Shown in pieces: positions 27,094-32,000 of a stretch of 32,000 nt of DNA (position 1 is the stretch's first letter; every line of letters begins with the position of its first letter). The notes under the pieces are model-generated. The model had not been told where the DNA came from. It saw only the letters and a list, made by a program, of their open reading frames with translations, and searched no databases. Origin of the DNA: Bacillota bacterium (GTDB taxonomy: Bacteria > Bacillota > DTU025 > MWDF01). A program made the position numbers and the translations under genes. The stretch is taken from assembly GCA_029565935.1 (NCBI GenBank), contig JAKQNF010000036.1, forward strand, positions 5,552-37,551, read 5' to 3'.

Positions 27094-27813
27094 ATGGGCA
27101 TAAGGGCTACCAATCTTACCAAGTCGTTCTCCGGGCGCACCGTCGTCAACGGGGTCGACCTGGAGCTCGAAAGGGGCGAGGTGGTCGGGCTGTTCGGGCC
27201 GAACGGGGCCGGCAAGACGACGACTTTCTACATGCTCCTGGGCCTCGAAGCGCCCGATTCGGGGACCATCCAGGTGGACGGCACCGATGCCACGTACCTT
27301 CCAGTGCACATGAGGGCGCAGCTGGGCATAGGCTACCTCGCTCAGGAGCCGTCGATCTTCAGGCGCATGAGCGTGGAGTCGAACGTCGCCTCCGTGCTAG
27401 AGACGATGAAGCTCGCCAAAAGGCAGGTCACGGAGAAGACGGCGGAGCTGATGGAGGCGTTCAACCTCACCGGGATAAGGAAGCAGATGGGCTATACGCT
27501 ATCGGGAGGGGAGCGCAGGAGGGTCGAGATAGCGAGGGCCGTGGCCACATCCCCGTCCTATCTGCTGCTGGACGAGCCGTTCACGGGGGTAGACCCGCTG
27601 GCCGTCCTGGAGATCCAGGGGATTGTCAGGAAGCTCAGCTCAAAGGGCCTGGGGATATTGATCACCGACCATAACGTGAGGGACACCATGGCCATAACCA
27701 ACAGAGGGTATATAATGTATACGGGCAACATCCTGGTTTCGGGCACCCCGGGGCAGATAGCGCAGGACCCGCTGGCCAGGAGGTTCTACCTGGGCGACGC
27801 ATTCGATCTTTGA
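27094..27813 (+). CDS. lptB: LPS export ABC transporter ATP-binding protein LptB
   Basis: 239 aa. Walker A GPNGAGKTTTFYML, signature LSGGERRRVEIARA, Walker B LLLDEPFTGVDP, H-loop ITDHNVR. Typical LptB tail ...DPLARRFYLGDAF. Confidence 0.9.
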   Translation: MGIRATNLTKSFSGRTVVNGVDLELERGEVVGLFGPNGAGKTTTFYMLLGLEAPDSGTIQVDGTDATYLPVHMRAQLGIGYLAQEPSIFRRMSVESNVASVLETMKLAKRQVTEKTAELMEAFNLTGIRKQMGYTLSGGERRRVEIARAVATSPSYLLLDEPFTGVDPLAVLEIQGIVRKLSSKGLGILITDHNVRDTMAITNRGYIMYTGNILVSGTPGQIAQDPLARRFYLGDAFDL

Positions 27814-27826
27814 TACGGAGGTCCCA

Positions 27827-29167
27827 TTGAGCGGAATCTTACTTATCGCAATACTGGCCATCGTAGGCGGCCTCGTCGCCATAGTCGGCGACAGGATAGG
27901 CATGCGCGTAGGCCGTAAACGCCTCACCCTCTTCGGCATAAGGCCGAAATACACCTCGATAATAATCACGTTCCTAACGGGAGTGCTCGTAGTCGCCCTA
28001 ACGGTCGTCACCTTGTCGCTCCTGTCTGAGAACGTCAGGATCGCCCTCTTCAAGATAGAGGAACTAAGAGGCGACCTGGAGCAGACCGCATCGGCGCTAG
28101 AGGACACCAAGAAGGAACTGTCCGACAAGATGAGCGAGGCGGACGAGCTGACCGTGAAGGTGCAGAGCATAGGCTCTCAGTACGAATCGCTCAAAGCCGA
28201 CTACAACGCCATAATGGCCCAGCTGAGCAAGGCCAACACCGAGAAGACCGTCACCGCAAGGCAGCTGGAGGAGCTCAAGAAGGGCCTTTCGGACATACAA
28301 GGCAAGCTCTCGGCCACCGAAGAACGGCTTTTAGTGGCTAGCCGGCAGGTTCAGGAATCAGGTCTGCTGCTCAAGGAACAGCAGGGCGAGATTACCAAAT
28401 TATCCGATGAGAGGCTAAATCTGGAGAGCAACATATCCGAGCTCCAAGATACCAGGAACACGCTGAACGAAGAGGTCGCCTACCTGGAAGAACAGCTCAA
28501 CCAGCTCATCCAGACGAGCATGCTGCTGATAGAGAGCAAGCAAGCCTCCATGACCATGCAGGTGATATTCTACGCGGACCAGACCATCCTCGGCTCGGCG
28601 ATAGACTGCTCACAGCCGATAGAATCGATACACCAGCAGATCAACGACTTCCTGATCAGGGTCAACGACATAGCCAAGACGAAAGGCGCAGGAGAAGTCG
28701 CAGGCCGCCAGGACGGATCGGCTCTCAACTTCGACGAGGACAACGTCCTGAACGCCTTCCAGAAAGTATATTCGTCGAAGGGCAAGGTGATAATGAGGGC
28801 CGTCTCGCCGGTCAACAGCTGGTTGGGGGAGCCGCTCTGGGTGTCGCTGCACGTTTTCGAGGACGAGCTGGTCTTCTTCAAGGGCCAGGTCATCGCCAGC
28901 CAGACGATAGACGGCTCCATGAGCGCCGACAAGGTGCAGTTCGAGATAATCAGGCTGATCGAGGAGGTCAACGCCATAGGCCTGGCAAAGGGCATGGTAA
29001 GCGACGAGGAAGGCAGGATAGGCACCTTTATAAAGGCCTTGCAGTTCACAGATGCGATAATAAAGGTCCTAGAGGCCGGGACCAAGGTCAGGGTGGACGT
29101 AATCGCCGAGCGGGACATATACCGGAGCGAAAGCCAGCCTACCATGACTTTGTCCGTCGCCTTATAA
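27827..29167 (+). CDS. DUF3084-family protein: two N-terminal TM helices, ~160-aa coiled coil, C-terminal globular domain
   Basis: ILAIVGGLVAIVGDRIGMRVGRKRLTLFGIRPKYTSIIITFLTGVLVVALT matches the DUF3084 N-terminal signature as I remember it from cyanobacterial and diderm-Firmicute homologues. A heptad-rich segment follows (EELRGDLEQTASALEDTKKELSDKMSEADEL...LEEQLNQLIQ). TTG start with GGAGG 5 nt upstream. Confidence 0.6.
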   Translation: MSGILLIAILAIVGGLVAIVGDRIGMRVGRKRLTLFGIRPKYTSIIITFLTGVLVVALTVVTLSLLSENVRIALFKIEELRGDLEQTASALEDTKKELSDKMSEADELTVKVQSIGSQYESLKADYNAIMAQLSKANTEKTVTARQLEELKKGLSDIQGKLSATEERLLVASRQVQESGLLLKEQQGEITKLSDERLNLESNISELQDTRNTLNEEVAYLEEQLNQLIQTSMLLIESKQASMTMQVIFYADQTILGSAIDCSQPIESIHQQINDFLIRVNDIAKTKGAGEVAGRQDGSALNFDEDNVLNAFQKVYSSKGKVIMRAVSPVNSWLGEPLWVSLHVFEDELVFFKGQVIASQTIDGSMSADKVQFEIIRLIEEVNAIGLAKGMVSDEEGRIGTFIKALQFTDAIIKVLEAGTKVRVDVIAERDIYRSESQPTMTLSVAL

Positions 29168-29201
29168 ACCGGTCAGTAACATGGCCCATTTATCTGCGAG
29201 C

Positions 29202-29231
29202 TTGATAAAAACACGCAAATAGATGTATAAA
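29202..29231 (+). promoter_or_regulatory. Sigma70-like promoter candidate for the SLH/OmpM-like gene
   Basis: TTGATA (29202-29207), 18-nt spacer, TATAAA (29226-29231). It would give a ~190-nt 5' leader. Confidence 0.35.
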
Positions 29232-29345
29232 AGAAGAAGGATTACTGGCTTAATTGAAGAAAAGATAAAGGAAGAACCCGTAAGAAGACCAAGCCCTAGG
29301 TAGTCATGGAATCAGAATGTCTAAAGAGGGCATAAAACCTGACAT

Positions 29346-29373
29346 CTTTGAAGGCAACAAGGTCACTTCAAAG
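29346..29373 (+). other. Hairpin in the putative 5' leader of the OmpM-like gene
   Basis: Perfect 8-bp inverted repeat CTTTGAAG (29346-29353) / CTTCAAAG (29366-29373) with a 12-nt loop. No U-tract follows. Confidence 0.3.
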
Positions 29374-29428
29374 GCTGGACGGTTTTAGGTTTGGCAGTTA
29401 TCAACAAAGCCAAGGGGGGTAAGAACAC

Positions 29429-32000
29429 ATGAAGAGAACCGTAGCCATGCTAATTGCGGTTCTGATTGCCATGGCGGTAGTGATGCCTGCGATGGCAAGC
29501 CCTTACCCGGACGTTTCGGATCTTCATTGGGCGTCCGAATCGGTAAGGACACTGACCGCACTGGGCATCTTGGAAGGCTACCCCGACGGGACCTTCAAAG
29601 GCCCGCAGCCTACCACCAGGTATGAGATTGCAGTCATGATAGCCAGGCTGCTTAAGTACTTGGATCAGCAGATCACCGCACGCGTAGCGGAAGTAGAGAA
29701 GAAGATACCTACTGCAGCCGAACCGGCTCCCGTTACCACCCCTACTCCCGTACCTACACCGGCGCCTGTGACCACGGTAGTCCAGGTCGAACCAGACCAG
29801 ACTATACTAGAGACCATAATCAGGGAGAAGATAGAAGCGCTGGTGGGTCCGAAGCTCGAGGACATCGACGAGAGGATAGCCGAGCTATATGCGATGATCC
29901 AAGACCTTAGGACCGAGTTCTCCCGCGAGATATCGATCCTTGGAGTGCGCGTCGATGCCCTCGACGAGCAGCTTAAGCAGCTAGCCGCCAAGGTCGCCAA
30001 GAACGAGGCGGACATAGCGGCGCTGAAACTCCAGCTCGATCCGGCAATCGCAAGGATAGCGGGCCTCGAGAAGAGGACCGATGCCATCGAGAAGGAGTTG
30101 GCGAACCTCAACGCAGGACTGACGAAGATCGCGACAGTACAGCCTGGGCAGCCGGCTCCGGTGGTAACGACCACACAGCCCGCGCCGATAATCACGACCG
30201 TACTGGAAGGCGCGACCCAGGCAGAGCTGGACGCCGTCAAGAAGATGGTCCTCACCCTTGAGAAGGACAAGGTCGACGTGCTCTCCTCGAAGCTGGGAGT
30301 GCTTGATTCGAAGGTATTGGCGCTCGAGTCGAAGCTCAACAACACCGATACGATGATCGGCATGCTCGAGCTCAGGACGAGCGAGATCGAGACCTGGGTG
30401 TCCAAGGTAGGAAAGGACGTCGAGGTCGTTTCCAAGCAGGCCGAACAGAACGCGACCGACATAATCGACCTGTACGAGCTGAACTACAAGAACGCCGACG
30501 ACATCAACGCCCTTAAGGCGGAGATGGCAGCCAAGTTCGCGGCGATAGAAGACACGATGAGCAAGCACGGCGACGTGCTCGCCGCAGAGACCGGCATCAA
30601 CAAGGAAGGCCTCGCCCTCCTTAGGCTGGACCTGCTACAGGCACAAGACGACATAGACGCGCTCAAGCCGCTGGTCGACCAGGTCAATTACCTGTACAGC
30701 TGCTGCGACGCGGTCAACGTCAAGCTAGAAGCGCTCGATGAGAAGGTCGCGATGCTCAACATGGACCTCGTAGCCCTCGAAAGCGAGAAGGTAGACAATG
30801 CCATGCTGAGGATAGAGCTTCTCGAGCCCCAGGTGGCCGACCTGTTGGAGAAATACGGGGCGCTGGCGGCACAGGTCCAGGGCAACTCCGATGACATCAA
30901 TGACCTGTACATCCAGCAGAACCACACTACCAACGTAATGAACAACCTCGTGGCGGCGGACGCGGCCATGAACGAAAGGGTATCCAAGCTCGAAGCCGAG
31001 AACAAGATAAAGGCGGACGAGCTGAGCGCAAAGGTCGCGGCCCTCGAAGCGGCGGCCAAGGACAGCGCCTCTGAAGCCCTCAGCCTCAAGAGCGGCCTGA
31101 TGGGACTTTCCGACACCCTGTCCAAGCTATGGGTCAACAAGTTCCTGCTCTCCGGGACGCTTCTCTTGGAGTTCAAGGACGTGGCGGTCCAGTACGGAAC
31201 CCCGTTCGTCGATCCGTTCGACAACTCTGACCCGCTAGATGCGATCACACCGACTAACAAGTACTACGCCAAGCTCTCGCTCACAGGCACGATCAAGCCC
31301 GAGCCCGGCGTGGAGATCAACGTCGGCATCAACGCGGATCTCGACACCTACGGCATAACCGATGCGAGCGCATACGTATACAGCGGCGACGTCGACATCA
31401 AGGTAACCGGGCCCAACGGCTCGGGCCAGCTGCTCGGCGGAGAGCTCACCAGGCCCAATTACATCGGCAAGTACGTGATGTCCGCGCTCAAGTTCAAGGA
31501 CACCAAGTACGAAGGCCTTGAGGGCTGGATGAAGTACACCCCCGAGCTCATGGACAACATGACGCTGGGCGCGTCGGCGATACTGGGCAAGCTCGGCTCC
31601 TCGACCGACTTCAACTATGTCTGGGGCCTCGCCGGCAACGCCAACTACGCCGATGTGGTAGACCTTACGCTCTACTACCTGGCGATAGACGACAGGCCGT
31701 TCTCCGGTGATAGCACCGTGACCTACAGCGAGAAGAACATAGGCGTCAACCTCGACCTCAAGCTGTCCGACACCTGGAAGGCCGGAGCATTCGCCAACGT
31801 GCTGCTCGCGACGGGCCTGCCGCTTCCCGAGAGCGCGGTAACCGCGTACATCGAGGGCAAGACGGGAGTCTGGAACACCAGCGTGAACTTCGAGCGTTTG
31901 GGCGCAAACTATGCACCGAAATTCGTAGAGTTCACAGATGACGATGATCCTGACATGATCGAGAACGACATAATGAACTTAGAAGTCAAGAACAGCATCG
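29429..32000 (+). CDS. SLH-domain / long coiled-coil / beta-barrel outer-membrane tether of the OmpM / Omp-alpha type (3' partial, runs off the window)
   Basis: Not in the ORF track because there is no stop before nt 32000. I translated it by hand from ATG 29429 (GGGGGG SD upstream). Signal peptide MKRTVAMLIAVLIAMAVVMPAMA. SLH domain PYPDVSDLHWASESVRTLTALGILEGYPDGTFKGPQPTTRYEIAVMIARLL. About 490 aa of heptad-rich sequence with two Pro/Thr-rich breaks. From ~aa 568 (31130) the sequence is beta-strand-like (YYAKLSLTGTIKPEPGVEINVGINADL, VDLTLYYLAID, IGVNLDLKLSDTWKAGAFANVLLA). All minus-strand ORFs here are its antisense shadows. Confidence 0.8.
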   Translation, partial: MKRTVAMLIAVLIAMAVVMPAMASPYPDVSDLHWASESVRTLTALGILEGYPDGTFKGPQPTTRYEIAVMIARLLKYLDQQITARVAEVEKKIPTAAEPAPVTTPTPVPTPAPVTTVVQVEPDQTILETIIREKIEALVGPKLEDIDERIAELYAMIQDLRTEFSREISILGVRVDALDEQLKQLAAKVAKNEADIAALKLQLDPAIARIAGLEKRTDAIEKELANLNAGLTKIATVQPGQPAPVVTTTQPAPIITTVLEGATQAELDAVKKMVLTLEKDKVDVLSSKLGVLDSKVLALESKLNNTDTMIGMLELRTSEIETWVSKVGKDVEVVSKQAEQNATDIIDLYELNYKNADDINALKAEMAAKFAAIEDTMSKHGDVLAAETGINKEGLALLRLDLLQAQDDIDALKPLVDQVNYLYSCCDAVNVKLEALDEKVAMLNMDLVALESEKVDNAMLRIELLEPQVADLLEKYGALAAQVQGNSDDINDLYIQQNHTTNVMNNLVAADAAMNERVSKLEAENKIKADELSAKVAALEAAAKDSASEALSLKSGLMGLSDTLSKLWVNKFLLSGTLLLEFKDVAVQYGTPFVDPFDNSDPLDAITPTNKYYAKLSLTGTIKPEPGVEINVGINADLDTYGITDASAYVYSGDVDIKVTGPNGSGQLLGGELTRPNYIGKYVMSALKFKDTKYEGLEGWMKYTPELMDNMTLGASAILGKLGSSTDFNYVWGLAGNANYADVVDLTLYYLAIDDRPFSGDSTVTYSEKNIGVNLDLKLSDTWKAGAFANVLLATGLPLPESAVTAYIEGKTGVWNTSVNFERLGANYAPKFVEFTDDDDPDMIENDIMNLEVKNSI

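Noticed and set aside
26391-27215. 274-aa minus-strand ORF
   Set aside because: It is antisense to lptA and the lptB 5' end. Its composition (Leu/Gly/His/Arg/Val runs) is non-protein-like, and the + strand genes have clear family motifs.
29665-31260. Minus-strand ORFs of 265, 195, 67 and 190 aa covering the right end of the window
   Set aside because: They are antisense to a + strand frame that reads as signal peptide, SLH domain, coiled coil and beta-barrel. That + strand ORF is absent from the track only because it has no stop before nt 32000. The Ser-rich minus-strand products are reverse-frame images of the Glu/Leu/Ala-rich coiled coil.

Overview
GC-rich bacterial chromosomal window with a visible preference for ATA (Ile) and AGG (Arg) codons. 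All 22 supported genes lie on the + strand. Every long minus-strand ORF in the track runs antisense to a recognisable gene and looks like a shadow ORF. The window has three parts. (1) 1-7071: the 3' end of a PEGA-domain surface protein, asnS, and a ~1570-aa membrane-anchored TPR / FN3-like / discoidin surface protein with internal duplications. (2) 7150-18360: a tightly packed, partly translationally coupled housekeeping block (rlmI, rpmE, tdk, DUF1385, prfA, prmC, sua5/tsaC, an rpiB-upp fusion, dCMP deaminase, wecA/tagO, wecB/mnaA, murA). Its gene order resembles the Firmicutes rpmE-tdk-prfA-prmC-ywlC-rpiB-upp...murA region. (3) 18365-32000: an outer-membrane biogenesis cluster with a SpoIVB-like S55 peptidase, bamA, skp, one ORF encoding LptF/G plus LptD, lptC, lptA, lptB, a DUF3084 membrane coiled-coil protein, and a 3'-truncated SLH / long coiled-coil / beta-barrel OmpM/Omp-alpha-type tether. 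That last ORF is missing from the supplied track because it has no stop inside the window. The combination points to a diderm lineage of the Terrabacteria type (diderm Firmicutes, Synergistota-like or similar), but I cannot assign taxonomy without a search. I found no rRNA, tRNA, CRISPR array or mobile element. The strongest candidates for new biology are the seamless LptF/G-LptD fusion with a complete embedded signal peptide, the very long periplasmic rod of the OmpM-like protein next to DUF3084, the apparently permuted S55 peptidase between murA and bamA, and the rpiB-upp fusion that keeps an internal SD and start codon. Domain boundaries are approximate. All family calls rest on motif recognition by eye, not on searches.
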